Part shown: piece after piece, positions 19,289 through 28,612 of the stretch
Layout of the letters: each line of letters opens with the position of its first letter
Position numbering within the stretch: position 1 is the stretch's first letter
Source: a virus
Lineage: Duplodnaviria; Caudoviricetes
IMG/VR virus record: IMGVR_UViG_3300010150_000009
Location: 47,596-111,595 of that record
DNA length: 64,000 nucleotides
Strand: one strand, 5' to 3'
The notes under the pieces: model-generated
Databases searched by the model: none
The model's input: the letters and a program-made list of their open reading frames with translations, nothing else
What the model was told of the DNA's origin: nothing
Position numbers and translations under genes: made by a program

Positions 19289-20565
19289 TCGAATAACCTC
19301 TCAAATTGTGTTAAAGTGTTTTCATTGGAAGAACTATAAACCCATATGGGCTCTACAAAACAGTCCTGCATATGTTCTTTGTCACCGCCTTCTTCGTTCT
19401 TTGGTCTTTGCTTCATACGCATACCGATGACTTCTTGTAGCGGCATACCAATACTATCCATAAAGTTTGTCATAGGATCGCATACATAATGTCTCTTGTT
19501 CTTAATATTAGCATCAATAATATTTACTGCTATAACGCCTGTTTGTGGATTAATTAGACTTTTAGTTTTCTCTAGCGTTACAAACAAAAAATCATTTAAC
19601 CAACTATCAAACTCTTTATACTTAAACCAACTTTGCGTTTCCTCTTTTATACCTTCTGCGTAGCGTTCTGTATTATAATATGGTGGACTAGTAAATGCTA
19701 GATCATAATTTAGTTCTGGAAAGTCTTTAATATCTTCTGCGGGTGCGTTAAAAATAGTTACTGTTTTAGCACCTTCATATCTAAACCATTCTAAACCATT
19801 GCATGCATTAAACTCCATTAACAGTCCGTCGTTGTTAAAAATATGATTGTCATAAAACTTACATTGCTCCATATATGTTTTATAAACGTTCGGATTTGGA
19901 TCACACCCTACATAAGTTTCTGCGTTACTTGTCCAAAAACCTGCTAATCTATCTCCCCAACCACAACTAGTATCTAATACTGTTTTAGCGTTAAACCTGT
20001 TATAAACATACTTGGCAACTGTAGGTTTAAACTGTGTCGCTACATACGCACCTAGTCTAAATGCTTCTCTATACTTGGCTTCGTCTACATACTTTACAAC
20101 GCCTTCGCGCCAAAATGTCCAGTTAAGTTTCTTTAATGCTTCTTCACTGCTCCATATATCTAATGGACTTTTATGTGACCAACCACTACATTTAAGTCTG
20201 TTCTGTTGCTGAAAGTAGTTACTAATATCGTTATAGTAGTGATTAATGTCTATAACGTCTTTACAGTATTTTTGAACAGAGTATTCGTAGTCATTAAACT
20301 TGTCTGTAATGGCAGTAGTATAACCATATAACAGTTTGTTATGGTCCATACCTTTAAGTTTTCTAAACCTATCTACTACATCGTTTTCAGTAATATCTTG
20401 AAACGGAAACGGAATGTTATTGTTGACAATGTAATGTGCGAACGCCTCTATTGCTTCTTTCTTTTCATATTGCCCTTTAAACTCTTGCCATTCATCCGCG
20501 GAAAAAACAGGCAACCCACTAGGACTTGCCTGCTTTTCTAATACTTTAAGTATTTTGTTTACCAT
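19285..20565 (-). CDS. DNA amino-methyltransferase (N4-C/N6-A type)
   Basis: VLDTSCGWGDRL SAM motif followed by the FTSPPYY catalytic motif. Confidence 0.85.
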   Translation of the reverse strand: MVNKILKVLEKQASPSGLPVFSADEWQEFKGQYEKKEAIEAFAHYIVNNNIPFPFQDITENDVVDRFRKLKGMDHNKLLYGYTTAITDKFNDYEYSVQKYCKDVIDINHYYNDISNYFQQQNRLKCSGWSHKSPLDIWSSEEALKKLNWTFWREGVVKYVDEAKYREAFRLGAYVATQFKPTVAKYVYNRFNAKTVLDTSCGWGDRLAGFWTSNAETYVGCDPNPNVYKTYMEQCKFYDNHIFNNDGLLMEFNACNGLEWFRYEGAKTVTIFNAPAEDIKDFPELNYDLAFTSPPYYNTERYAEGIKEETQSWFKYKEFDSWLNDFLFVTLEKTKSLINPQTGVIAVNIIDANIKNKRHYVCDPMTNFMDSIGMPLQEVIGMRMKQRPKNEEGGDKEHMQDCFVEPIWVYSSSNENTLTQFERLFE

Positions 20566-22628
20566 GAAGCCTTATACTTTGCTATAGCGCGAACATCGTC
20601 GTTACCTCGTAAATGATCCACGTCATTCATGTAACTAACACTAAACTCAATATTGTTATGCTTATTGATGCCCATGTCATACTGTAGAGTATAGTCAATA
20701 TGTCGTCCGTCAGGCTCCATATCTGCAATAAAGTCCGCAAACATCATCCCGCCCTGTTCAATGCGTAGCGGTTGGGTGATACCAAAGTTTAATCTGCCGT
20801 AATTTGCGTTTACACCAAAGCCCATTGCGTGGAAGTCCTCTACGTCTTTGACATAACCATAACTGCCGTTTGCTGTACCAAATGCGTAAGTGGCATTAGC
20901 ACTAAAGTTCCATTCACCAATGCTTTTCTTACGGCTAATATTAATATAACGAGTAGTGGGATCATCGACATGCATCAGGCTTTGTCCAGGCGCCCAACCC
21001 ATAAGGCTGTTATCAATACCAACCGCCACATCAACTTCTCCGTATCGCAAACCTACAACGGCGTTATCGATTTCCCCGTACTCGTCTGCTTTAGTAGCAC
21101 CAAACGTCAAGGCAGTATTAGTATCAAAGTTAAATACGGGAACCATATTAATGTCGTTAAAAGACATTAATTTACTGTTATCTATAAAGTGTCCCTGCAT
21201 GTTAAGGATCTGGTCTTTTACAAAACTTAACTGCCAAAAACGAGGGTCACGTCCTTTGATAACATCATGCATTGCGAACCTCGCATACCCTTTTCCAATT
21301 TGCTCTTCCTCTTCTTCCTCTTCTTCGCCTGGTACAGAAATAGTAGCCATTGGAGAGAGCAGTGTTCCAAAGGAACCGTCTTCATAAACAATAATCCAAT
21401 CCATGCGCCCGTCATTGTTGGCGTGGGTTGGAAACAAGGCTCCCTTTGATCCTGCATTAGGCACGTTAGCAAAAATTGCACTACCGAGTTGGCTAAACGT
21501 TCCGTTACCGTTGTTCAACCAAATACCGCCATGTTGTGATCCAACACTGCCAGCATAGTTTTGATAATGATTGACATAGAGATCGTTTTTGCCATCACCG
21601 TTTAAGTCAACGAGCATTGGTGCTTGTCCTTTAGAGTGCGGAACAGTTCCACTTATTCCGAATTGCTGTTTCAAACTTACACCACCTGCACCAGTAGCAA
21701 AAACACGAATCCAACTATTGGTAGCACAAACGTCACCACATTCGTCATACACGATGATGTCACGTCCATTGTTATAAACCGCTCTCAGTCCTGCTACTCC
21801 TGGAATCGTATCTGAGTGTATCTGCATTAGTGAGAACGATTCCCCACCATTGTTCTTGTATACGTTAATAGCACCGCCTCTTGCTGATACGCCATCAAGA
21901 GCAAATGCTCCTCCTGCTCCGGCAAACCCTCCTCCTGATCTAACATCCATATCTCCAGAAATAAGTTCGGGATATCCGTCACCATCCAGATCCATAAGTG
22001 TTCCTGCGAAGGCACTATTTTGCATACGAATCTGTCCAAGATCACTAACTTCTCCGTTTACGTTTTGTCCTCGTTCACCAGGATTGAAGCCAAGATAAAC
22101 CACCGTACCACCAGAGAAGCCAACAATATCCAAACGCCCGTCTTTATTGACGTCACCTACTGCCGATCCGTGCCAGTTGAAAACAGGTCCAGGCGCCGCA
22201 TTTATTCCGTTGTAAATAAGAGCAGGATTCGTTGCTCCACCGCCACCATTACCTAATGCAATTGGACCTTGTGCAAAGTAGTTACCAGTCCATTCATTTA
22301 CTGTTTCACTAGCGGCAACACCACCTGCGCGTGTAGGACTATAAGAGCCGTCTGGATTACTAAGAAATACATAAGGTTGGATTTTCACATCCCATCCCAT
22401 TGGGCATCCATTTTGACAATAAACTCCATGAGCGGCCGCAAAAACCATAACATCAGTATTACCATCACCATTCCAGTCTCTTGCTACAGCGTTACCGTTG
22501 TCAGCAAAGTGCTCTACCCATCCAACCGATCCGTGCCCTTGTACAAAGTTATAGGTACTGTCCAATGCGTATGCTGAAACGCTGTAAACAGTTGCGATAG
22601 CCGCCACTGCTAATTTACTAATATTCAT
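20559..22628 (-). CDS. Secreted FG-GAP/VCBS repeat protein with predicted C-terminal outer-membrane beta-barrel
   Basis: Start 22628 after AGGAG. Signal peptide, five DxNxDGxxD repeats, poly-Glu linker, amphipathic strands ending YKASW. Confidence 0.75.
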   Translation of the reverse strand: MNISKLAVAAIATVYSVSAYALDSTYNFVQGHGSVGWVEHFADNGNAVARDWNGDGNTDVMVFAAAHGVYCQNGCPMGWDVKIQPYVFLSNPDGSYSPTRAGGVAASETVNEWTGNYFAQGPIALGNGGGGATNPALIYNGINAAPGPVFNWHGSAVGDVNKDGRLDIVGFSGGTVVYLGFNPGERGQNVNGEVSDLGQIRMQNSAFAGTLMDLDGDGYPELISGDMDVRSGGGFAGAGGAFALDGVSARGGAINVYKNNGGESFSLMQIHSDTIPGVAGLRAVYNNGRDIIVYDECGDVCATNSWIRVFATGAGGVSLKQQFGISGTVPHSKGQAPMLVDLNGDGKNDLYVNHYQNYAGSVGSQHGGIWLNNGNGTFSQLGSAIFANVPNAGSKGALFPTHANNDGRMDWIIVYEDGSFGTLLSPMATISVPGEEEEEEEEQIGKGYARFAMHDVIKGRDPRFWQLSFVKDQILNMQGHFIDNSKLMSFNDINMVPVFNFDTNTALTFGATKADEYGEIDNAVVGLRYGEVDVAVGIDNSLMGWAPGQSLMHVDDPTTRYINISRKKSIGEWNFSANATYAFGTANGSYGYVKDVEDFHAMGFGVNANYGRLNFGITQPLRIEQGGMMFADFIADMEPDGRHIDYTLQYDMGINKHNNIEFSVSYMNDVDHLRGNDDVRAIAKYKASW

Positions 22629-22641
22629 TTCGACATTCTCC

Positions 22642-23946
22642 TTAACTATAGATTGTTTCGTAATATGCATGAGCACCAAACGGTGGCTTAGGTGCACCTT
22701 CAATTCTGTGAGTATGTATGACCCAACACACATCACAGTAATTCTCATCTCCCCATGAACCCCACGGATAGCCATCTGTAAATACTAAAAGTTTTTTAGG
22801 TTCAATGCCATTCTGTTTCATATACTCGTATACCACTTCAAAACTAGTACCACCACCGCCTACAATTTCATACTCATTAATCTCGTGGAGGTTGTCAGCA
22901 GTAAAGTCTTTGATGCTGTATACATCAGTATCAAAACAAAATATTTTAACGTTGAACGTAGTGTAGGCGTCCATAATGCCTTTAACTTCGCTAAGGAAGT
23001 CGCGCACCATATCTTCGCTGATACTACCACTAACGTCAATAGCAACAACCAAGTCGATTGTATCATCAGGAACCATACCAGGCAACATCACGCCAGTGTG
23101 CCACGCCTTACGGCTAGGACGCATAAAGGAGTAATCACTCTTTACAAGGCTTTTGATCTGCACATCAAGTAACTCACGCCAGTTCATCTTCGGCTCAGTA
23201 AGTTCTTTGAGCATACGTCGAACACCAGCAGGTACATTGCCTGCGCCGGCATTTTGCGCCGCTGACATAATCGCTTCCTTCATCTCATCACGAATTTCTT
23301 TACGCTCTTCTTCGGATAGTTTAGGGCGGCCGCCTTTACCGCCTTCTTTACCTTTTCCTTCTCCGTCTCCATCATTACCTTCGTCACTGTCATCGCTATC
23401 CAAGTGATCATCGAGAACCGCATCAAGCAGTTCGTCGATATCAATTTTCTCGGCGTTTTCGTAGAGATCGTCATACACCTCTTCAAACGACATGTCGTAA
23501 TACTTTCTGTCGTGTACAATAGGAACTTGATCAATAGCCTCGCCAATGCGATTAACAATCAAGTCGCCGTTGACACAATAGTCAGCGGCAATGTTAGACA
23601 GTTTAGGATCACGATCACCACGGCGTCCAATATGGTCGTATACAATATGAAGAACTTCGTGCCCAAACAAAAACTCAATCTGTTTAGGGGATAACTGCTC
23701 TACGAATTTCGTATTGTAGTAGAAACGACGGCCATCAGTAGCGGCGGTAGGCAACCATTCATCAGCATTTACGAGTGTCAGGCGTGTAGCCAGATTACCA
23801 AAGAACGGCTCTTTAAGCAGAAGCCCAATTCGGGCGGTTGTGAGTGACTCACGAACCTTTGCGTCAAGTTCGGAATCAGTCTCAAAGCCTACCTGCAAAA
23901 GCGGGTATTTCTCAGTTTTACTATTAGCGGTTGTATTTTGTGACAT
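22642..23946 (-). CDS. Metallopeptidase-like + vWA domain protein (DUF2201-type MoxR partner)
   Basis: TAATDG, HEVLH, NIAADYCVN, acidic linker, IDVSGS MIDAS, GGGGT, FTDGY. Confidence 0.9.
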   Translation of the reverse strand: MSQNTTANSKTEKYPLLQVGFETDSELDAKVRESLTTARIGLLLKEPFFGNLATRLTLVNADEWLPTAATDGRRFYYNTKFVEQLSPKQIEFLFGHEVLHIVYDHIGRRGDRDPKLSNIAADYCVNGDLIVNRIGEAIDQVPIVHDRKYYDMSFEEVYDDLYENAEKIDIDELLDAVLDDHLDSDDSDEGNDGDGEGKGKEGGKGGRPKLSEEERKEIRDEMKEAIMSAAQNAGAGNVPAGVRRMLKELTEPKMNWRELLDVQIKSLVKSDYSFMRPSRKAWHTGVMLPGMVPDDTIDLVVAIDVSGSISEDMVRDFLSEVKGIMDAYTTFNVKIFCFDTDVYSIKDFTADNLHEINEYEIVGGGGTSFEVVYEYMKQNGIEPKKLLVFTDGYPWGSWGDENYCDVCWVIHTHRIEGAPKPPFGAHAYYETIYS

Positions 23947-23979
23947 TTGTGTACTCGAGTTTTTACTTTCTATACTAAT

Positions 23980-24035
23980 ATTATAGCATTTATCTGCTGA
24001 TCTGTCACGGAAAATAGTGCTGTAAGTGCTTGATT
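23980..24035 (-). promoter_or_regulatory. Repeat promoter A: TATAAT, degenerate -35, IHF-consensus box
   Basis: On the minus strand: AATCAAGCACTTA ... GTGACA-17-TATAAT. Confidence 0.7.
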
Positions 24036-24047
24036 CGAAAAAGTTTT

Positions 24048-24491
24048 CTAAACATACTGATTCTTAGGAGTCATTGTGTCCTCGTTGAGTACTGTCTTGA
24101 TGGCATGACAGTCTAAACAAAGAGTCTGCAGATTATCATCGTCATTATTCCCATGATCACCATCTATATGATCTACTGTTAATAGAGTACGTATTAGTCG
24201 ATTTTTTATCTTAAGATCTTCTATTCGCTGTACACGGCTATCAGTTAGTGGAGTATAACCACAATGTTCACAGTGAGTTTTACGTTGGTGGCTATATACT
24301 TTTTTAGTAGTAGCCAGTCCTCCATATTCTGCTAGATTTTTTTGGTGATCCCTGCACAGATGCTCACTTCCAGGGCCTTGATAGGCTGTGAGAAAATTCT
24401 CACAGCCATCAATACTACATCGTGTTTTTCTGGCCTTTCTTAGTGCAACACCTTCTTTGAGAAGGTCTTTGTTTGGGTCACGTAAAGTCAT
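24048..24491 (-). CDS. HNH endonuclease with Cys/His zinc-binding segments
   Basis: CSIDGC..LCRDH; HCEHCG; LTVDHIDGDHGNNDDDNLQTLCLDCH. Confidence 0.88.
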   Translation of the reverse strand: MTLRDPNKDLLKEGVALRKARKTRCSIDGCENFLTAYQGPGSEHLCRDHQKNLAEYGGLATTKKVYSHQRKTHCEHCGYTPLTDSRVQRIEDLKIKNRLIRTLLTVDHIDGDHGNNDDDNLQTLCLDCHAIKTVLNEDTMTPKNQYV

Positions 24492-25822
24492 TAACCTAAC
24501 TCCTTCTTTTTAAAGTCATACTGAAATTTACCAGTGAAGATTGGCAACTTTTTTGAAAATCCTGCTTTAGCAATTGCTTGACAAATCCAAGTAGGAGCAA
24601 CCTCTGTTTGATTGCATCGCTCGTTATATGCACTCTTAACCTGTGCATACTGTCTTTCATACCAACTCTGGTACGCTTCTTTAATCATCTTAGACTTTTT
24701 AGATGTATGTTTCCTCCAAGTATTCTCAGTAACGGCACCCAAATACTTTCCAAATTCACGCACATAATCATCGTCTACAGTAATTCCCTGTACGTCACAT
24801 GCACGAAAAATGTGTGCCATGTTGTCAATTTCCAGAGGTTCTATAGGCTTGTCTGAAAGAAACATATTGTGATACTGAAAAACCCGACGTAGCACACTAC
24901 TCTTCCACTTATTAACATCGCGCCCTGTTGCAGGAAATATTTCTGAAGGACGGGATACTGCGCCCGGCTCATCTGTATCTCCAAACTTTTCATGTGTAAA
25001 GAAACAGTTGAATTCTTCTAAAGCACTCTGAATTTCTTCGAAACGCACACTCCATGGATCTTTATCTCCGTTATTGCGTACAGACCAGACGTGTTGCATA
25101 TACAAATCAATCTTGTCCAAGGGCTTAGTCATAGTGTCATCGTGAACGCCAATAAAACGTTTTCGCAATTTAGAAATGTCACGGCCTGGGTAAATGGCTA
25201 CTGGTATCTCAAGTTCCATTGCTTCTTTTAAACTCATACCAAACGCAAACATAGCGACAGAGATCAACGCTAATGTCGTATGCTGGCCGTCCCAAATAGC
25301 AAACAAACCCTTGCGTCGATACTGAGTCTCAGCATCTGGATCTATGTCATAAGGGTACAAGCGAACAATGTTAACAAAGAAAGGATCAAATTTGCCAACA
25401 ATATCTAGTATCCAGTCAGAATCAACTACACGCTGGATTGATGCATTAATGAGCATGTTCTTGAGTTTAACACGCTCTTTCTTATTAGCAGACATTTGTA
25501 CCATGTCTGCATATATATCAGCAAATTCTTTATACTGTGGGTTACGATTGCGGAATTCCTCGCCTAGTTCTTTAAGAAAGTCTGGCAGGTCTGGATCTTT
25601 CTCAATGATAGCATCAATAAAACGTTCAACTAGTTCTACAATTGTATCTTCAGTAGTATTGAATTTTTCATTGAACTTTTTAGCGTAACTCCAATCGGAA
25701 TGGTAAGCAGAGTTAGTAGGAGAAAGATGAGAAAGATCTTCGATATTCTCAGGTCGGGATTGCCCGACAACTTCTTGTTTTAGATGTGCTGATTGCACAC
25801 CACGAAGGTGTAAAATAGTCAT
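24491..25822 (-). CDS. ParB/Srx-fold (DGQH-type) protein
   Basis: IQRVVD...FDP...IWDGQHT motifs. Translationally coupled (TAATG) to the HNH gene. Confidence 0.7.
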   Translation of the reverse strand: MTILHLRGVQSAHLKQEVVGQSRPENIEDLSHLSPTNSAYHSDWSYAKKFNEKFNTTEDTIVELVERFIDAIIEKDPDLPDFLKELGEEFRNRNPQYKEFADIYADMVQMSANKKERVKLKNMLINASIQRVVDSDWILDIVGKFDPFFVNIVRLYPYDIDPDAETQYRRKGLFAIWDGQHTTLALISVAMFAFGMSLKEAMELEIPVAIYPGRDISKLRKRFIGVHDDTMTKPLDKIDLYMQHVWSVRNNGDKDPWSVRFEEIQSALEEFNCFFTHEKFGDTDEPGAVSRPSEIFPATGRDVNKWKSSVLRRVFQYHNMFLSDKPIEPLEIDNMAHIFRACDVQGITVDDDYVREFGKYLGAVTENTWRKHTSKKSKMIKEAYQSWYERQYAQVKSAYNERCNQTEVAPTWICQAIAKAGFSKKLPIFTGKFQYDFKKKELG

Positions 25823-25870
25823 ATTGTTTTCCTTGTTCCGGTTAATAGAACGATTAAAGTAAGCTCTAAT

Positions 25871-25927
25871 ACGAGCGTAACGCTCGTTTAAACGAGCGTT
25901 ACTTAGTAAGACATTATTGCCTTACTA
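25871..25927. repeat. Perfect 26-bp palindrome plus overlapping and adjacent hairpins upstream of the ParB-like gene
   Basis: gtaacgctcgtttaaacgagcgttac (25877-25902), acgagcg-taa-cgctcgt (25871-25887), tagtaag...cttacta. Confidence 0.85.
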
Positions 25928-25934
25928 TCTAAAT

Positions 25935-25963
25935 AGTGTACTAAAAATTGTACAAATTGTCAA
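25935..25963 (-). promoter_or_regulatory. Sigma70-type promoter of the ParB-like/HNH cassette
   Basis: TTGACA-17-TACACT. Confidence 0.65.
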
Positions 25964-25990
25964 TCTTTTTTTAATATTTTTTAATAATTA

Positions 25991-26036
25991 AAAGTCCCCC
26001 CGGAGTTTATCCAGTATTGCACTGGCTCCGGGGGTT
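25991..26036 (-). terminator. Probable intrinsic terminator after the AAA ATPase gene
   Basis: ccccggag..ccagt/actgg..ctccgggg stem followed by T-rich sequence on the minus strand. Confidence 0.55.
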
Positions 26037-26049
26037 CCCAAGTACTCTG

Positions 26050-27165
26050 TCAGCCTTCCATCGCCGAGATTACATACTTGCCGAAGCGTTTATGAAACTC
26101 GTCAAACGACTTGAGTTTGCCCGGCACCAGCGGAAGGTTATAGTTAGTGAGTGCCATCTTAGCACCCATCACCGTAACTTCTGTAAGGAAGTTATCCATC
26201 ATAAAGCGGAAGAAGTTATCGCACATTTCGTGCCATTCTTTGCTCGGGTTAGCCTTTTTCGATTTATTAAAGGAATCCCGTAATTCGTAGCACATTGCGA
26301 CAGTCAGCGAGTACATTGCTGATACTTCTTTGACATCCAGTTTCTTAACACTACCGTTAAGAATGTCAGTCGGATTAGGCAGTTTGCCGGAGTGTTTGCG
26401 ATGGGCGTTAAACTTAATAGCCATCCCCTCGCCTACAGTACCAGCAACCAAATCAGTCACTTCGCCCTCAGACATTTCAACGTCATCTTCTTGATCGTTG
26501 AGTAACTCGCTCACAAACGTCCACGAGCGCGGAGTAGCAAAGGATCTCTCGTTAGAACCAGAATCGAAACTGTAGAGATCGTTCTTAGCGAACGTTAGAT
26601 AACCTAAAACATCCGGATGAATCTGTCGCTCAACTGCCCATTCCTGCCAAGTGTCAAAGTCGGCAGTCACTTCAATATGTACGAAGCGGTTAGCCAACGG
26701 GGCAGGCATACGGTATGTCACACCGCGGTCAGTTTCACGGTTACCAGCCGCCACAATAACGACATTATCAGGCAGTTCGTAAGTACCAATTCTGCGATTA
26801 AGCACCAACTGGTAAGCGGCGGCCTGTGTCGCCATCGGAGCAGAGTTCATTTCGTCCAAAAACAAAATAATAGTTTCAAACTCCTTGGCAAGTTCTTGTG
26901 ACGGCAAATCAACTGGTGGCGCCCAAGACATATTGTTTTCAGTCTGGTTGTAGTATGGAATACCGCGTAAATCGGTCGGTTCCATTAGAGCCAGTCGTAA
27001 ATCAATCATGTAACCGTTGACTTCACCAGCCAACTGATTAACCAGATCTGACTTACCGACTCCGGGAGGTCCCCAAAGGAAGACAGGTCGCTTACGAAGC
27101 ATCGCGCGTCTAATAGCCTTCTTGGCTTCCTTCAGGGTGTTAGTTCTGTTTTCTTGAGTGCTCAT
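26050..27165 (-). CDS. MoxR-like AAA+ ATPase
   Basis: Walker A GPPGVGKS, DLRG, Walker B ILFLDE, AAGNR, PLANRF, TPRSW. Confidence 0.92.
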   Translation of the reverse strand: MSTQENRTNTLKEAKKAIRRAMLRKRPVFLWGPPGVGKSDLVNQLAGEVNGYMIDLRLALMEPTDLRGIPYYNQTENNMSWAPPVDLPSQELAKEFETIILFLDEMNSAPMATQAAAYQLVLNRRIGTYELPDNVVIVAAGNRETDRGVTYRMPAPLANRFVHIEVTADFDTWQEWAVERQIHPDVLGYLTFAKNDLYSFDSGSNERSFATPRSWTFVSELLNDQEDDVEMSEGEVTDLVAGTVGEGMAIKFNAHRKHSGKLPNPTDILNGSVKKLDVKEVSAMYSLTVAMCYELRDSFNKSKKANPSKEWHEMCDNFFRFMMDNFLTEVTVMGAKMALTNYNLPLVPGKLKSFDEFHKRFGKYVISAMEG

Positions 27166-27185
27166 TGTACTTGGGTCTCCTTAAA

Positions 27186-27542
27186 TTATCGAAGGTACTT
27201 CGGGCCATGCTCTGTGATAACGCTCTCACCACAGTCATCGCTAAAAATGTTACCACGTACACCGTTTTTGACAGGCGCTTTCCACGAGCCTTTTAAAATG
27301 TCACCGTTTTGCATATTAACAAAACTGTGAACACACTGGCCATCACGGAATATTTCTTTTCCGTCATTATCATAACCGCGGCTTCGCTTGATAACTTTCG
27401 CATACTTGCTACCGAAATGAACCTGAATATAATCTGACGGAGAATGAGTAAAGCCGGCCCGCTCAAAATATTCGTCCTGCAGTTTTTGGACCACATCCAT
27501 ATATTTGTAAAGTTGGTCCTTCATTTCTCTAACTGGTTTCAT
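27186..27542 (-). CDS. Conserved hypothetical phage early protein
   Basis: KYAKVI...VHSFV..NGDILKGSWKAPVKNGVRGNI, a pattern typical of small phage proteins. Confidence 0.75.
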   Translation of the reverse strand: MKPVREMKDQLYKYMDVVQKLQDEYFERAGFTHSPSDYIQVHFGSKYAKVIKRSRGYDNDGKEIFRDGQCVHSFVNMQNGDILKGSWKAPVKNGVRGNIFSDDCGESVITEHGPKYLR

Positions 27543-27555
27543 ATCTTGCGTTCCT

Positions 27556-27634
27556 TTGTTTCTTTAGTGTATATAATATATTATACAGACTTTTATTGAA
27601 ATGTCTAGAAATTGGCACGTCTAAGTTATTGATT
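27556..27634 (-). promoter_or_regulatory. Repeat promoter B with IHF-consensus box and shared leader
   Basis: AATCAATAACTTA ... TAGACA-16-TATAAT, then leader ATATACACTAAAGAAACAAAGGAA. Confidence 0.7.
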
Positions 27635-27707
27635 TATAAAGGATTTTAAAAATATATTGAAATATATTGAAATATAAGGGTTTTTTAACGATAAAGTATA
27701 AAAGATT

Positions 27708-27728
27708 CGGGGGGCATTGCGCCCCCCG
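27708..27728 (-). terminator. Probable intrinsic terminator
   Basis: cggggggc-attgc-gccccccg hairpin followed by aatctttt on the minus strand. Confidence 0.65.
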
Positions 27729-27756
27729 TTATTCCTTTGCAATCAGTGAGTACTGA

Positions 27757-28002
27757 TTACTGACCGGCTAGTGCGCGGTAGCCTGCGGCTACTACTGCTC
27801 GAGAAGGAGTACCCAATCGATACTTGTTCACGACGCGACCTTTTGTGTCGGAATGTGCGTTCAAGTAAATTGCGTGACCTTTGAATCGAAGATTCTGAAT
27901 CGTCGCACCAGGGTTACCTACACTATAGCGCGATGCGATCTGCGCTGAAGAGAGTTCCTGTCCATCTTGAAGAGCGTTAAGTACTTTTTCAGTCTTAGTC
28001 AT
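27757..28002 (-). CDS. Small winged-helix DNA-binding protein
   Basis: VLNALQDGQELSSAQIASRYSVGNPGATIQNLRFKGHAI, a HTH-wing pattern. Confidence 0.65.
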   Translation of the reverse strand: MTKTEKVLNALQDGQELSSAQIASRYSVGNPGATIQNLRFKGHAIYLNAHSDTKGRVVNKYRLGTPSRAVVAAGYRALAGQ

Positions 28003-28099
28003 TTTACATTTCCTTAGGCGTTATGCCATTATCAAGTTTAGCAGTATGGGACTGCTGACCCCTTCGTGATAATCACGAAATTCTTTAACAATGTATACT

Positions 28100-28204
28100 A
28101 CTCTACACTACCATTGGGTTTTTGTCAACCCTTTTTACTAACTTTTTTGTAAGTTTTTCAACTTGTTTTCTAACTATGATACACTCATACTCTATATTTG
28201 TCAA
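28100..28204 (-). promoter_or_regulatory. Two tandem sigma70-type promoters for the wHTH gene
   Basis: TTGACA-17-TAGAGT (28100-28128) and TTGACA-17-TATCAT (28176-28204). Confidence 0.65.
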
Positions 28205-28440
28205 GTATTTTGGTCCATTATTTTTACATCGGCGAATGGTACTAGAAAAACCCAACCTTTTTCATGGTCTTTGACTTCGTACACTTGGGTTTCCCTATCT
28301 ATTGCTCTAATGTACCCTACTCTGGTCAGAGTTTTTTCTCCTACTACTGGCAAGTCGATTGTAGAGAATGAACCACCTGGCCGGCCGAATTCGTCTATAG
28401 GAAGCAATTTCTTATACGTGCATTTAGGATCGTTATTCAT
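28201..28440 (-). CDS. Hypothetical protein
   Basis: 79-aa ORF in a tightly packed small-gene array. Confidence 0.6.
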   Translation of the reverse strand: MNNDPKCTYKKLLPIDEFGRPGGSFSTIDLPVVGEKTLTRVGYIRAIDRETQVYEVKDHEKGWVFLVPFADVKIMDQNT

Positions 28441-28610
28441 TTAGTCTAAATTCCCTGTGATTAATAACACTATCAATAAGATAGCTATACCGCTTATCCA
28501 AGCAAAGGATTGAAACAATCCTGTAAAAAAATCTGACGGATGGTTCGACAAGTAGTGAATATTAACGCCAATACTTAGCAGTGGAACCAAAAATAAAAGC
28601 CAATAAAACA
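28441..28610 (-). CDS. Small membrane protein
   Basis: MFYWLLFLVPLL... with two hydrophobic segments. Start approximate. Confidence 0.5.
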
Positions 28611-28612
28611 TA

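Noticed and set aside
22629-22775. Long N-terminal extensions and overlaps in the ORF track (also 16478-16612, 45221-45358, 34294-34350, 29406-29498)
   Set aside because: Downstream starts with an SD sequence or signal peptide fit better. The extensions overlap real upstream genes.
27651-27676. Short repeat aatatattga x2.5
   Set aside because: Low-complexity AT sequence, too short to support a function.
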